Origin: a bacterium
GTDB taxonomy: Bacteria > SAR324 > NAC60-12
DNA: 64,000 nt
Direction: 5' to 3'
NCBI GenBank assembly: GCA_965233585.1
Contig: CBDDTI010000746.1
Span: 672,001-736,000 of the forward strand
The notes beneath the pieces are model-generated. The model was not told the origin of the DNA and ran no database searches. It saw only the letters and a list, made by a program, of their open reading frames with translations. Shown piece after piece: positions 30,052-40,238 of this stretch. How positions within the stretch are numbered: the stretch's first letter is position 1; the number at the start of each line of letters is the position of its first letter. A program made the position numbers and the translations under genes.

Positions 30052-31203
30052 TTAGGGACGAGGGGAGGGATTGGCAATGCAGTACATGTAGTATGGTCCA
30101 GAGGTAAAAGAGGTGCTACTTCTAACGGTGGATCTGGTGGTATGTACTCTATATTCGTCACCTGAAAAACCAATGATTTGATCGTCTCGGAGATGAGATT
30201 GGTAGATTCTCATTTTCTCATTAGCAAGATTCTGATAATCAGAGTACCATGAAAAACACCTGCCTTTGATGGCAGAAAGGTCAGAAGGTTGGAGAGAAGC
30301 GTACCGTGCTTCTGTCAGATAGACTCCGTTTTGTGCTAATTTCAAATCTGTCCCCATGTCTAATCTATTAAATCTATCATGAGTTAAGCTACCAGTTGTA
30401 AAGGAGACATCTGCACCAGATTTTTTAAACTTAGAGACGTTGCCAGAAGCCAAGCGGACACCAATTTTGTAAGTGGTAGAAGTTTTCCATTCTGCTTTGG
30501 GAATCAACCATTTATTGTTACTTCCACCTGAATCCACATGCACTGCCTCACAATTCACAAAATCATCTGATGAAATCAACAACGTTCCTGCTGTGGTAGA
30601 ACATGCCCCAAGTGTATCATGGCTAGAGATTGCCTGTGTTGTTTGCAAATTTAGGATTCCCCGTGTATAAGTTTTGCCTCTATTGCTTTTCATAGAATCA
30701 AAAGAGAGTGCGGAAACAACCCCTCCCGAATTTGAATTTCCAGAACCTGCCCGAACAGCAGTGTATTCCCACTTGGATTTAACTCCCAAAATTCTGATAC
30801 CCAAATGACTCGCACCTGCGGTTGAGGCAGTCAATTTAACTTTGGCATCAAAGGTAGGTTTTGCAGGTAATTTATAGATAATTTTACTGTTTTGCCCTTC
30901 TTGTTCTTCTTCACCAACCACCAATTTCAAAGAATTGATATTCTGTCCGTAGCTGATTTGTAGCTTCTTACCCTGATAAATACCGGGCAACTTACAGCTC
31001 AAATCAGCAGTGTATTCAGAACCAACCTGAACATTACCACTGGCAGAGACCTCACAAGACGCTTTGGCGACAGTCCCTGACTCTTCATTTTCTTCTGCTG
31101 GTGGGGTACAAGCAACTAGAAAGGCAAACCCCAAAGCTAAATATGGCTTGCAAGAAAAATCCACCCCCCTGACAAAATTCTCTGACGATATGACATTTGA
31201 CAT
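30052..31203 (-). CDS. Putative surface lipoprotein with an Ig-like region
   Basis: Lipobox FLVA-C; Ser/Gly/Thr-rich; C...GTLLISSDDFVNC and STTYKI...SFTT resemble bacterial Ig-like modules; GGAG RBS. Confidence 0.6.
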   Translation of the reverse strand: MSNVISSENFVRGVDFSCKPYLALGFAFLVACTPPAEENEESGTVAKASCEVSASGNVQVGSEYTADLSCKLPGIYQGKKLQISYGQNINSLKLVVGEEEQEGQNSKIIYKLPAKPTFDAKVKLTASTAGASHLGIRILGVKSKWEYTAVRAGSGNSNSGGVVSALSFDSMKSNRGKTYTRGILNLQTTQAISSHDTLGACSTTAGTLLISSDDFVNCEAVHVDSGGSNNKWLIPKAEWKTSTTYKIGVRLASGNVSKFKKSGADVSFTTGSLTHDRFNRLDMGTDLKLAQNGVYLTEARYASLQPSDLSAIKGRCFSWYSDYQNLANEKMRIYQSHLRDDQIIGFSGDEYRVHTTRSTVRSSTSFTSGPYYMYCIANPSPRP

Positions 31204-31341
31204 AATAGACTCCTAATAATGATGGATTAAATAAAACTGGAACCATTCCAGTTTCAAGGCTTGTCATTGTCTCACAATCTATAAAAAATGCAAATTTTTA
31301 ATTCAATCATTGCTCATTTAAGTTGTCAAACAACAAATCTA

Positions 31342-31370
31342 TTGACAACATCTTTGGTTTACTTCAAAAT
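31342..31370 (+). promoter_or_regulatory. sigma70-like promoter for the PAP2 gene
   Basis: TTGACA-N17-CAAAAT. Confidence 0.4.
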
Positions 31371-31401
31371 TTTAAGTTTTATAGGAACAGATATTGGGGG
31401 C

Positions 31402-31965
31402 ATGATGTCTAAAAAGTTAACGATTTTGGGTTTGGTAGGTTTGTTGTTTGCTTCAGTTGTTTTTGCACAAGAATCTGAAGAAGATGAAGAGAAAGAATAT
31501 GATGACACACAACGTGCAGGTGATGTGTTGGTTGTGACTTTGCCACTTTGGACGATTAGTAGCAGTTTGTTAAGTGGGGATTCAGAAGGGGGTTTGATGT
31601 GGTTTCGGTCTTTGGGAGTGAATGCCCTCTTGACTTTTGGCTTGAAAAAAAGCACTGAAAAAGAGCGACCAGACAAATCAGACAAAGAATCGTTTCCTTC
31701 TGCACATGCTTCTATGACTTTTCACAGCGCCGCGTACCTCCATACGCGTTATGGATTCCAAGCGGCGTGGTTTCCTTATCTTGCCGCTACTTTTACAGCT
31801 TACAGCCGTGTCCACTCCAAAAAGCACTTTACTGAAGATGTTGTCGCGGGGGCATTCATCGGTTCACTGTCTGCATACTTTCTCACAGATTCCACCTCAC
31901 AATATTCGTTCATTCCTGACATTGGCAAAAATCATATTGCTTTCAATTTGAACGCAAAGTTTTAA
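31402..31965 (+). CDS. PAP2-family phosphatase
   Basis: K.....ERP, SFPSAH and SRVHSKKHF.EDV motifs; signal peptide from ATG 31402. Confidence 0.88.
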   Translation: MMSKKLTILGLVGLLFASVVFAQESEEDEEKEYDDTQRAGDVLVVTLPLWTISSSLLSGDSEGGLMWFRSLGVNALLTFGLKKSTEKERPDKSDKESFPSAHASMTFHSAAYLHTRYGFQAAWFPYLAATFTAYSRVHSKKHFTEDVVAGAFIGSLSAYFLTDSTSQYSFIPDIGKNHIAFNLNAKF

Positions 31966-32011
31966 AGTTTGGGTCTGTTCATTTTTAACTCTGCCCTTGT
32001 TCCTTTGTAGC

Positions 32012-32668
32012 ATGCTTCAACGTACCTCTAAAAACCTGATTCCAATTCGTCAATATCTTTCAGCAGGTATTTCTGACGAAGTGGCTCTTTTCCTACAACT
32101 TTGCCACTACTTATTTCAATCTGGCTTTTTATTTGATGATGCCACACCTGATGAAATCAAGGCAGGTGAGGAAATCATCACCTCCTTCATTGACCAAGAA
32201 TCAAGTTTGTTAGAAGGAATAGTTGACCATCAAGTTTGCCAGCACTTCATGGCTTATATTCAAAGCCACGCTTGGGATAGTGAGAAACAAAAAAAGAAGG
32301 TGAGGCTGAAAGTCAGCCGTGAATTTGAAAAACTGCTTGGGGGAGGTCGTTCGGCAGGAAGTATTGAACGCAATGTGCATCTTGGGTTAACGTCAGGGTT
32401 GCAAACTTTTTCAGACTTTAGCAACTATCTTTACTCTTACTACCAATTCTTTTTGGAAGAGGGGCTACCAACAGGAGAAGAACGTTATAGTCCTGAAGAT
32501 TTATTGCAAATGCGTTCGCAACTTTTGGAACGTTTGGAAGGAAAAAAGTTTGTAGATTGGTTATTGGGAGCGATTGAGTCTAAACATGATGGCAAGTTGC
32601 CAACAGACTTGAGCGATGTGAGAGGAACTCATCAAAAAATCCAATTTGTCAGACCTTCACAACATTAG
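32012..32668 (+). CDS. Hypothetical protein
   Basis: Long ORF filling the gap between PAP2 and hldE. No family recognised. Confidence 0.6.
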   Translation: MLQRTSKNLIPIRQYLSAGISDEVALFLQLCHYLFQSGFLFDDATPDEIKAGEEIITSFIDQESSLLEGIVDHQVCQHFMAYIQSHAWDSEKQKKKVRLKVSREFEKLLGGGRSAGSIERNVHLGLTSGLQTFSDFSNYLYSYYQFFLEEGLPTGEERYSPEDLLQMRSQLLERLEGKKFVDWLLGAIESKHDGKLPTDLSDVRGTHQKIQFVRPSQH

Positions 32669-32672
32669 TCTT

Positions 32673-34070
32673 TTAGTATTCAGGAAGATATTCTAATCTT
32701 GCACCCACAGCTTGAATTTCAGAGAGTTCCGCAATGGGTTGATGGCGGTAACCAGCACCTTTGACAACAACTGATGGCTTCAATTCCAAAATCAGTTTGG
32801 CAGGGCTGGGTTCATCAAACATGACGACCCAATCCACACTTTCCAAAGCCGCAACTAAAGCCGCACGTTCTCTTTCGTTGACAGTAGGAGGAGTGTTTTT
32901 TTGGGAAGCCACAGAAAAATCACTATTGAGTGCTACGACATGTTCCCCTTCAAATGCTGCTAAACCTTGTAAAAACTTTAACTGTCCTGAAGAAAGACGG
33001 TCAAAATAACCACTTGCAAAAATGATGGGCTTGCTGGTTTGGTCAAGATGCTGTTGAAGTGTCTCCAATGAAACTACTTTGTCAGAGACCGTTCCACGTT
33101 CCAGCTTTTGTAATAACTGACTTTTAGACAACGGCACAACTCCAACATGCTCAATTTCCATACCTGCCGCAAAATTTGCCCAAAATGCCGCTTGTTCTAT
33201 TTTAGCACCTCCTCCCAACATGAAAGCCAAAACGCTGGTTGCCATGTCTCCTGCACCCACCACATCAAAAACTGCTTTGGCTTCTGATTCAAAAAGCTGT
33301 GAAGAATCTTTGCCAGAAAGAAGCATTCCATCTTGGTCTAAACTCAAAACGACATATTGAAAGCCATACTTATCTCTCAACATTTTTGCCGCTTTTTCCG
33401 CATCGCCAAGACTTTCAATGGTTATACCTGTTGCAAGCTGTGCTTCATAGCGATTGGGTTTCACGAGGTAAAAACCTTTGTATGCTGAATAGTCCGAAGT
33501 CAAAGGTGGATCCAGTAAGACCAGACTACCTTGCTCTGACGCTTTTTGTAATTCTTGAAGAATGGCATTTTGAAAAAATCCTTTCGCATAGTCTGAAGCC
33601 ACAACAGCAGAACAACGAGGTATGTTCTGCCTAAGAAAGTCAAGGATTTTAGAGATTTGTGTCAAGTTCCAATGGCTTTTGGGGTCAAAGTCCATACGCA
33701 ACAAATGATGATGCCCTGACAGCATACGATGCTTGCAAATGGTGCGGAGTTCTGGCTCAATGACAATCCCCTCAGCTGATGCTCCACAAGTTTTGACCAG
33801 TGAGACCAGCTCTTGACCTGCTTCATCAAGACCGACTGCCCCACATGCAATAGATTGACTGCCCAGTTTGGACAAATTAGCAACCACATTTGCGGCACCT
33901 CCAAGACGTGAGTCTTCCTTTTTGATTTTGAGAATCGGAATAGGGGCTTCTGGTGAAATACGTTCAACATCTCCCCATGAATAACGATCTAGCATCAAAT
34001 CTCCTATGGTTAAAATGCAAGGCGAGGCAATACGACGCAACGCCCCTGCTAAACCTAGTGACTCTTGCAT
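32673..34070 (-). CDS. hldE: Bifunctional ADP-heptose synthase (PfkB kinase plus adenylyltransferase-like domain)
   Basis: GDLMLDRY..G.VERISPEAP, LGGAANV, SDYAKG, KPNR.EA, DVVGAGD; C-terminal LNSD.SV and VD.VV.FDE. Confidence 0.9.
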   Translation of the reverse strand: MQESLGLAGALRRIASPCILTIGDLMLDRYSWGDVERISPEAPIPILKIKKEDSRLGGAANVVANLSKLGSQSIACGAVGLDEAGQELVSLVKTCGASAEGIVIEPELRTICKHRMLSGHHHLLRMDFDPKSHWNLTQISKILDFLRQNIPRCSAVVASDYAKGFFQNAILQELQKASEQGSLVLLDPPLTSDYSAYKGFYLVKPNRYEAQLATGITIESLGDAEKAAKMLRDKYGFQYVVLSLDQDGMLLSGKDSSQLFESEAKAVFDVVGAGDMATSVLAFMLGGGAKIEQAAFWANFAAGMEIEHVGVVPLSKSQLLQKLERGTVSDKVVSLETLQQHLDQTSKPIIFASGYFDRLSSGQLKFLQGLAAFEGEHVVALNSDFSVASQKNTPPTVNERERAALVAALESVDWVVMFDEPSPAKLILELKPSVVVKGAGYRHQPIAELSEIQAVGARLEYLPEY

Positions 34071-34078
34071 AAAGCAGT

Positions 34079-35095
34079 TTATTGACTTTGGGTGAGGTAT
34101 TTTAGAATTAAATCTTCAAAGACATGAAAAGGTTGCGCACCTGAAAGGGTTTCGCCTTGCACCGTCTGGCTTTCAGTGTCATACAGACCAATGACAAAAC
34201 CCGGAGTTCCTCTGAAACCTGCTGAAACTGCTGCCTGAATGTCATCATTGACACGTTGGCGATATTTTTGGGAGGTTAAGCACGCATCAAATGTCTTGAG
34301 ATTGGGAATTTTGACAGCACGTGCATAGTTTTTGAGGTCTGGAATGAATTGGGCTTTTTGATTTTGGTAAAGGATTTGATGGTAGTCTTCAAACTTGCCT
34401 TGGTCTCTTGCACATTCTGCTGCCAGTGCCGCCTCATCGGCTTCTTTGTGAAACTCCAACGGGAAATGCCGATAAGCAAACAACACATCTTTTTGGTATT
34501 TTTCAAACAAGGTTTGAACAGTTTGCTGGACACGACTACAAAATGGGCATTGATAGTCAGAAAATTCCAGCACCAGCACTTTGGCTTTTCTATTCCCTCT
34601 CTGATACGCATTGCTCATTTTCACTGTTGGAAGGAATGGGTCTGGCTTGGACAGATGGACGGTCACCATTCCTTTTTGAATTGCCTGCTCAAGTTTTTGC
34701 ATCTCAAACATGAGTTTCCCTTGTTCCTGCAAATAAGAGCGAATTTTGGGGGCAAAATCTTCATAAGTGCCACGATTCCTAAAATTAGCTTGATAGATGG
34801 CTCGCACCTGCGATTCATCAGTTTCAAGGTTGGGAAACTCTCTGATGTCAGGGTGTTGCTCATAGAGCTTAGACAATCCTTTCCTGTTCATCTTCTTCAA
34901 AATCAACGAATGCAGTTCTTTTCTCAATTCATAGATTTGTTGGTCCTGAATGTCATTGAGCCTCAACTCTTCTTCTCCAATACTCATCAAAACAGGGTTG
35001 TTTGAATACACTTGAGCCGTTAATGTAGAAGGCAACAAAAGACTTGACAAAACCAAGAAACAAGTTAAAAACTTTTGAGTTGTTTTCAATCCCAT
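34079..35095 (-). CDS. DsbA-like thioredoxin-fold protein
   Basis: EFSDYQCPFC, RHFPL..H, CARDQGKF, GTP, SGAQP; signal peptide. Confidence 0.9.
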   Translation of the reverse strand: MGLKTTQKFLTCFLVLSSLLLPSTLTAQVYSNNPVLMSIGEEELRLNDIQDQQIYELRKELHSLILKKMNRKGLSKLYEQHPDIREFPNLETDESQVRAIYQANFRNRGTYEDFAPKIRSYLQEQGKLMFEMQKLEQAIQKGMVTVHLSKPDPFLPTVKMSNAYQRGNRKAKVLVLEFSDYQCPFCSRVQQTVQTLFEKYQKDVLFAYRHFPLEFHKEADEAALAAECARDQGKFEDYHQILYQNQKAQFIPDLKNYARAVKIPNLKTFDACLTSQKYRQRVNDDIQAAVSAGFRGTPGFVIGLYDTESQTVQGETLSGAQPFHVFEDLILKYLTQSQ

Positions 35096-35296
35096 ACTCC
35101 TTTTGAATCAAATTAAATAAAAACGGACTATCCTACATTTGAATTGCAAAAATAGGCAAGTGTATTCCCATTTGAGACAAAAATTGACAATTTTTAAAAA
35201 TTTTTTTACTCTCCTCAAAACTCCAACAAATGAAAGACTTCCAATACAGAGAGTCGTTGAGATATTTAAAAAGTTTACAAACATGAAAAAAATATC

Positions 35297-35325
35297 TTGA
35301 CTTGAAAAAGATTGCAATTTACAAT
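35297..35325 (+). promoter_or_regulatory. sigma70 promoter of the polyol operon
   Basis: TTGACT-N17-TACAAT, 40 bp upstream of eryD. Confidence 0.6.
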
Positions 35326-35365
35326 GCTGGGTTTCGCTTTAAATGTGAGGTGACGCAGAATTTAG

Positions 35366-36304
35366 ATGAGTAAAAGAGACGAAACGTCCCTAGCTTTAAG
35401 AGCAGTGTGGCTTCACTTAATCGGGGGCTTAACACAGCTAGAAGTTTCTGCACGGCTGGGGATTTCAAAGTTGAAGGCACACCGCTTGATTAGTCATGCC
35501 ATGAGTGCAGGCATTGTCAAAGTTTTTATAGAGGGAGAAGTCGCAGAGTGTGTGCGTTTGGAAAATCAGCTCATGGACAAATACAGTTTGAGTTATTGCA
35601 GTGTGAACCCTTGCATAGACACAGAACCCTTACCGGTCAAAACTTTAGGATATGCTGGGGCAAAGTACCTGAACTCACTTTTGGAAAAACCTGATGAATG
35701 TCTCATCGGTATAGGGCATGGGCGCACCTTAGCCTCTGTCTCAGAATATTTGCCCAAGAAAAAGATTACTCATAAAAAATTTGTATCATTGCTTGGTGGT
35801 TTGAGTAGAAAATTTATTGCAACACCCTACGATGTCATTCATCAGCTGGCAAGTAAAACAGAGGCAGATGCGTTTGTCATGCCCCTGCCTATCGTTGCAA
35901 ATTCCACTGAAGACAAATCGGTTTTGATGTCTCAACGAGGAGTCAGCGAAATTTTTCAAATCATGCAAAAGTCAGATGTGATGCTTGCTGGGATTGGAAG
36001 CACAGCCCCCACCGCTTATCTGATTCAAAGTTCTATTTTTACAGAAACAGAATTTGAAGAGATTCGCTCAGCAGGTGGAGAAGGCGAGTTGCTTGGCAGT
36101 TTTTTTTCAAGTGAAGGACAGATCGTTAGAACTGCCTTGACAGATCGCATCATTTCTCTGGATTTTGAATCCATGAAAAACCAAAGAATTATTGGCATTG
36201 CAGGTGGAGTGAGAAAAGCACATGGCATCAAGGCTGTGTTAAAAAGCTCTATCTTGCAAGGTCTTATCACTGACGAGCAAACTGCCAATCTGCTTGTGAG
36301 TTAA
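35366..36304 (+). CDS. eryD: SorC/DeoR-type sugar-binding transcriptional regulator, EryD-like
   Basis: SLALRAVWLH...LTQ HTH, GIGHGRTL, FVSLLGGL, IAGG..K, LITDEQTA. Resembles the recalled Brucella EryD. Confidence 0.75.
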   Translation: MSKRDETSLALRAVWLHLIGGLTQLEVSARLGISKLKAHRLISHAMSAGIVKVFIEGEVAECVRLENQLMDKYSLSYCSVNPCIDTEPLPVKTLGYAGAKYLNSLLEKPDECLIGIGHGRTLASVSEYLPKKKITHKKFVSLLGGLSRKFIATPYDVIHQLASKTEADAFVMPLPIVANSTEDKSVLMSQRGVSEIFQIMQKSDVMLAGIGSTAPTAYLIQSSIFTETEFEEIRSAGGEGELLGSFFSSEGQIVRTALTDRIISLDFESMKNQRIIGIAGGVRKAHGIKAVLKSSILQGLITDEQTANLLVS

Positions 36305-36332
36305 TTTTTAATCTCAATTTTAGGAGTTCATT

Positions 36333-37772
36333 ATGAGCCAAAAAGAAGACGATGTCTTTGAAAAATATGTGAAAGGTCAAATGCCCAGAAGGGAGTTTTT
36401 GCACAAAACAGCAAAGTTGGGTCTGACAGCAGGTGCTGCCCATTTGATGATGACACAAGCGGCAACTAGCTTATTTGCAGGGAATTTTGATTGGATGAAG
36501 TTTAAAGGGAAGACCTTAAAGCTTTTACTCAACAAGCACCCCTACACTGATGCAATGATTGCCAATCTCAACACTTTCAAAAAGTTGACAGGCATGGACG
36601 TCAAATATGATGTCTTCCCTGAAGATGTTTATTTTGACAAAGTGACCGCCGCGCTCTCTTCTAGGTCAAAAGAATATGATGCTTTTATGACGGGAGCATA
36701 CCAAACATGGACTTACGGACCAGCAGGCTGGATTGAAGATTTGAGTGAATGGATTGAAGACTCTGACAAAACCGCCCCTGATTATAACTGGAAGGATATG
36801 CTACCCGGGTTGCGTGCCTCTACTGCTTGGAACGGTGTGCCGGGTTCTGAACTTGGAACAGCAGGTTCAAAGCAATGGTGTATCCCTTGGGGCTATGAGC
36901 TGAACAGCATTTCTTACAACCGAAGGCTTCTGGACAAAGCAGGTGTTGAACCCCCCAGAGATTTGGACGATTTAATAGACGTCGCTCAAAAATTAAAAAA
37001 AGATTTAGGAGGTCCTTATGGCATTGGTGTTCGTGGTTCTCGTTCTTGGGCAACCATTCACCCGGGCTTTTTATCAGCTTATGCCAACTATGGACAAAAG
37101 GATTTCACCATTGACAATGGCATGTTGAAAGCGGCAATGAATACGAGAGGCTCAAAAAACTTTCATAGGAAATGGGTCAAAATGATTCAAGATTCTGGTC
37201 CTAAAAACTGGTCAACTTACACTTGGTATCAGGTGGGAACAGACCTAGGAGCAGGTGCTTCTGCCATGATTTATGATGCTGACATTCTAGGATATTTTAT
37301 GAATGGAGAAGACAATAAAGAGTCTGGCAATTTGGGATACATGCCGTTTACTCCCAATCCTAATGCTGAGGCTCCCACCCCTAACGTGTGGATTTGGTCT
37401 CTTGCCATGTCTCGTTTTTCTCGTCAAAAAGATGCCGCTTGGTATTTTATGCAATGGGCATCAGGGCTAGAACATGGGTTATTTGGTGCAAGAAAAATGG
37501 ACTTTGTGAACCCTGTGCGTCAGACAGTTTGGGACGACAGAATGTTCCGAAATCGCATTGCTGATTCTTACCCCGGGTACTTGAAACAGCACGATCAATC
37601 AGCACCAGGGGCTAAAATTCACTTCACTCCACAACCTCTCTTCTTTGACCTCACAACACAATGGGCAGAGACGCTACAAAAAATGGTAGCCAATTCTGTT
37701 TCTGTTGATGAAGGATTGGATCAACTTGCAGAAAGTGTGGACAAACAACTCAAAGATGCTGGTTTGGCATAA
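36333..37772 (+). CDS. Polyol ABC transporter substrate-binding protein (MptA-like), Tat signal
   Basis: PRREFL twin-arginine motif; LLLNKHPY, RGSRSWATIHPG, WYFMQWA. Confidence 0.85.
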   Translation: MSQKEDDVFEKYVKGQMPRREFLHKTAKLGLTAGAAHLMMTQAATSLFAGNFDWMKFKGKTLKLLLNKHPYTDAMIANLNTFKKLTGMDVKYDVFPEDVYFDKVTAALSSRSKEYDAFMTGAYQTWTYGPAGWIEDLSEWIEDSDKTAPDYNWKDMLPGLRASTAWNGVPGSELGTAGSKQWCIPWGYELNSISYNRRLLDKAGVEPPRDLDDLIDVAQKLKKDLGGPYGIGVRGSRSWATIHPGFLSAYANYGQKDFTIDNGMLKAAMNTRGSKNFHRKWVKMIQDSGPKNWSTYTWYQVGTDLGAGASAMIYDADILGYFMNGEDNKESGNLGYMPFTPNPNAEAPTPNVWIWSLAMSRFSRQKDAAWYFMQWASGLEHGLFGARKMDFVNPVRQTVWDDRMFRNRIADSYPGYLKQHDQSAPGAKIHFTPQPLFFDLTTQWAETLQKMVANSVSVDEGLDQLAESVDKQLKDAGLA

Positions 37773-37779
37773 TTCAAAA

Positions 37780-37812
37780 GTCATGGAAGAGATTTTGAAT
37801 TTCCTCCATGAC
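37780..37812 (+). terminator. Stem-loop after the SBP gene
   Basis: GTCATGGA...TCCATGAC inverted repeat just after the stop codon. Confidence 0.45.
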
Positions 37813-38048
37813 ACAGCATCATTTGAAAAATAGACTTGTCGTTGTTGCGTTTGGTGAGGAATCTGTCACCAGTCAGATGATGGGTTCATGCCTTTGTAAA
37901 AAAGGCAAGTCAAGCCACGTTTTTCACTGATATTTGTCCGTTTGTTCAATCAGATAACTTTGAAGACGTGTAAAAGCGTGGAGTGAAATTTAACGAAAAC
38001 GAGTCTTCTTTTTCAGATGTCAGAACCCCGAAGGATTGTTGAAATTCA

Positions 38049-38507
38049 GTGCTGATTTTTCGCCGTGCCACCAAAGAGGATTTACCTGTTTTGGTGCAAA
38101 TGCTTGCAGACGATGAGCTTGGTTCAAAAAGAGAAGACTCTTCTCAACCTTTGAATCCAAGGTATTCTTCTGCATTTGACCAGATTGATTCTGACAGCCA
38201 TAACGAACTCATTGTTGCTGAAAATGAAAAACAATCTATTGTTGGCATGTTGCAATTAACTTTTATTCCATACTTAACTCATCAAGGTTCTTGGCGCTGC
38301 TTGATTGAGGGGGTCAGAGTGCATCACCATTTTAGAGGAAAACAGATAGGCTCAAAACTGATTCAGCATGCCATTCAGTGCGCCAAACAGAGGAAGTGCC
38401 AAATCGTTCAGCTGACCACAGACAAGCAAAGACCTGATGCGATTCGTTTTTATCAGCAATTAGGCTTCCAAGCCACACATGAAGGGTTTAAATTGAAACT
38501 ACTATGA
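38049..38507 (+). CDS. GNAT family acetyltransferase
   Basis: FRRAT..DL, IEGVRV...FRGKQIG, VQLTTDK.R.DA.RFYQQLGF. Confidence 0.9.
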   Translation: MLIFRRATKEDLPVLVQMLADDELGSKREDSSQPLNPRYSSAFDQIDSDSHNELIVAENEKQSIVGMLQLTFIPYLTHQGSWRCLIEGVRVHHHFRGKQIGSKLIQHAIQCAKQRKCQIVQLTTDKQRPDAIRFYQQLGFQATHEGFKLKLL

Positions 38508-39379
38508 CGAAACAAAGATTTTTACCTTACCTTCTCAGTCTGCCTGCATTGTTAGTCTGCATTGGAATTTTGATTCCGTTTGCCACAGCAGCTTATTATT
38601 CTACTTTGCGATTCCGACTGAACCTTCCCTTTCTAAAAGGCTTCATCTGGTTTGACAACTACATCAATTTGTTCACAGATAGTGCTTTTTGGAACACCTT
38701 GCAAATTTCTTTGGTCTATGCAGGATTGACAGTGGTCATTGAGCTGTTGCTGGGGCTTGGGATTGCCTTGCTTCTCCAAGAATCTAATCGCTTGAACAAT
38801 ACCATTTCTATTCTGTTGATGCTTCCTTTGATGACTGCACCAGCTTTGGCATCGTTGATGTGGAAGTTGATGACAAACCCCAATTTTGGGATTTTAAGTT
38901 ATTTGATTGGTCAACTGGGTTTCACTGATTTTCGTTGGGCATCTGACCCTTCTACTGCTCTTTTGACTGTCGTTTTGGTAGATGTTTGGGTGTACACACC
39001 ATTTATGATGATTTTGTTACTGGCAGGTTTGCGTTCTTTGCCTCAACAACCTTTTGAAGCGGCTGCATTAGATGGAGTCCCTTATTCTTTCATCTTCTTC
39101 AAAATTACTTTGCCAATGCTCATGCCCTATATCTTAACGGCAGTTCTTTTTCGGTTACTTGAGTCTATTCAACAATTTGACATCATTTATTCCATGACAC
39201 AAGGTGGTCCGGGAGACAAGCTGTTGGTGTTCCAAGTGCAAGCCTATTTGGAATTTTTCCAATACACCAATGTTGGAAAATCTGCGGCATTGATGATGAT
39301 TTTATGGGCAATGACGTTCTTTTTGTCTAACCTTTTTATTAAGCAATGGCTTCGTTTAAGGACAGCAACACATAGTTAA
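38504..39379 (+). CDS. Carbohydrate ABC transporter permease
   Basis: DVW..TPF, LAGL.SLP, EAAALDG, MTQGGPG. Confidence 0.92.
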   Translation: MTKQRFLPYLLSLPALLVCIGILIPFATAAYYSTLRFRLNLPFLKGFIWFDNYINLFTDSAFWNTLQISLVYAGLTVVIELLLGLGIALLLQESNRLNNTISILLMLPLMTAPALASLMWKLMTNPNFGILSYLIGQLGFTDFRWASDPSTALLTVVLVDVWVYTPFMMILLLAGLRSLPQQPFEAAALDGVPYSFIFFKITLPMLMPYILTAVLFRLLESIQQFDIIYSMTQGGPGDKLLVFQVQAYLEFFQYTNVGKSAALMMILWAMTFFLSNLFIKQWLRLRTATHS

Positions 39380-39391
39380 CTTAAAATTCAA

Positions 39392-40237
39392 ATGACAGGC
39401 TTAAAATTAGCAAGAGGTCTTGCATTGACACTGATTTTGTTATTTTTTCTTTTTCCTATTTTTTGGATCTTTCTCATGTCTTTTCAGACCAATGAACAGA
39501 TTTTAAGAATCCCTCCAAGCCTTTTTTTTGAGCCAACTTTAATCAACTACAAAGGTCTCATCACAGGACAGCTAGAAACATCAGCAGGCACGTTAGAAAT
39601 TGATTTTTTACAAAATTTATTCAACAGCGTGATTTTGTCAGTTTTGGCAGTGGGACTTTCATTAATTTTAGGCGTGCCAGCTGCCTATGCTTTTGCAAGG
39701 TTCAAATTTAAAATGAAAGAGGATATTGCTTTTACGATCTTGTCATTCAAATTTGCACCACCTTTGTTGGTTTTGCTTCCGCTCAGTCTGTATTTTCAAG
39801 AGTTAGAAATTGCAGACACTTATTTTGGGCTAATCTGGGTTTATCAGCTGATTTCTTTGCCCTTCATTTTATGGATTACCAGAGGCTACTTTGAAGACAT
39901 TAATCCTGACATTGAACATGCGTTCCGTTTGGCAGGAAATTCATGGATTCAATCCTTTTTCAAAATTGCTATTCCATTGGCACGTCCGGGAATTGCAGCA
40001 GCAGGGTTGCTTTCCTTCATTTTTACTTGGAATAACTTTGTTTTTGCTTTGGTGCTGGCTTCTGCTGACAAACAACCTGTCACGGTAGGTGCTTTGGCAT
40101 TTGTGACGGCATCAGGGATTCAATATGGTCAAGTTGCGGCAGGGATTATTTTGTCTATCGCTCCTACTTTGATGATTGCTCTCTACGCACAAAAGTATCT
40201 TGTAGAAGGCTTATCACTTGGGGCAGTGAAGGGGTAA
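39392..40237 (+). CDS. Carbohydrate ABC transporter permease
   Basis: NSVIL, AAYAFAR, FIFTWNNF, GAVKG terminus. Confidence 0.92.
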   Translation: MTGLKLARGLALTLILLFFLFPIFWIFLMSFQTNEQILRIPPSLFFEPTLINYKGLITGQLETSAGTLEIDFLQNLFNSVILSVLAVGLSLILGVPAAYAFARFKFKMKEDIAFTILSFKFAPPLLVLLPLSLYFQELEIADTYFGLIWVYQLISLPFILWITRGYFEDINPDIEHAFRLAGNSWIQSFFKIAIPLARPGIAAAGLLSFIFTWNNFVFALVLASADKQPVTVGALAFVTASGIQYGQVAAGIILSIAPTLMIALYAQKYLVEGLSLGAVKG

Positions 40238-40238
40238 C

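Noticed and set aside
34349..35005. 218-aa plus-strand ORF and other antisense or overlapping short ORFs in the track
   Set aside because: They are shadows of well-supported genes on the opposite strand or in another frame.
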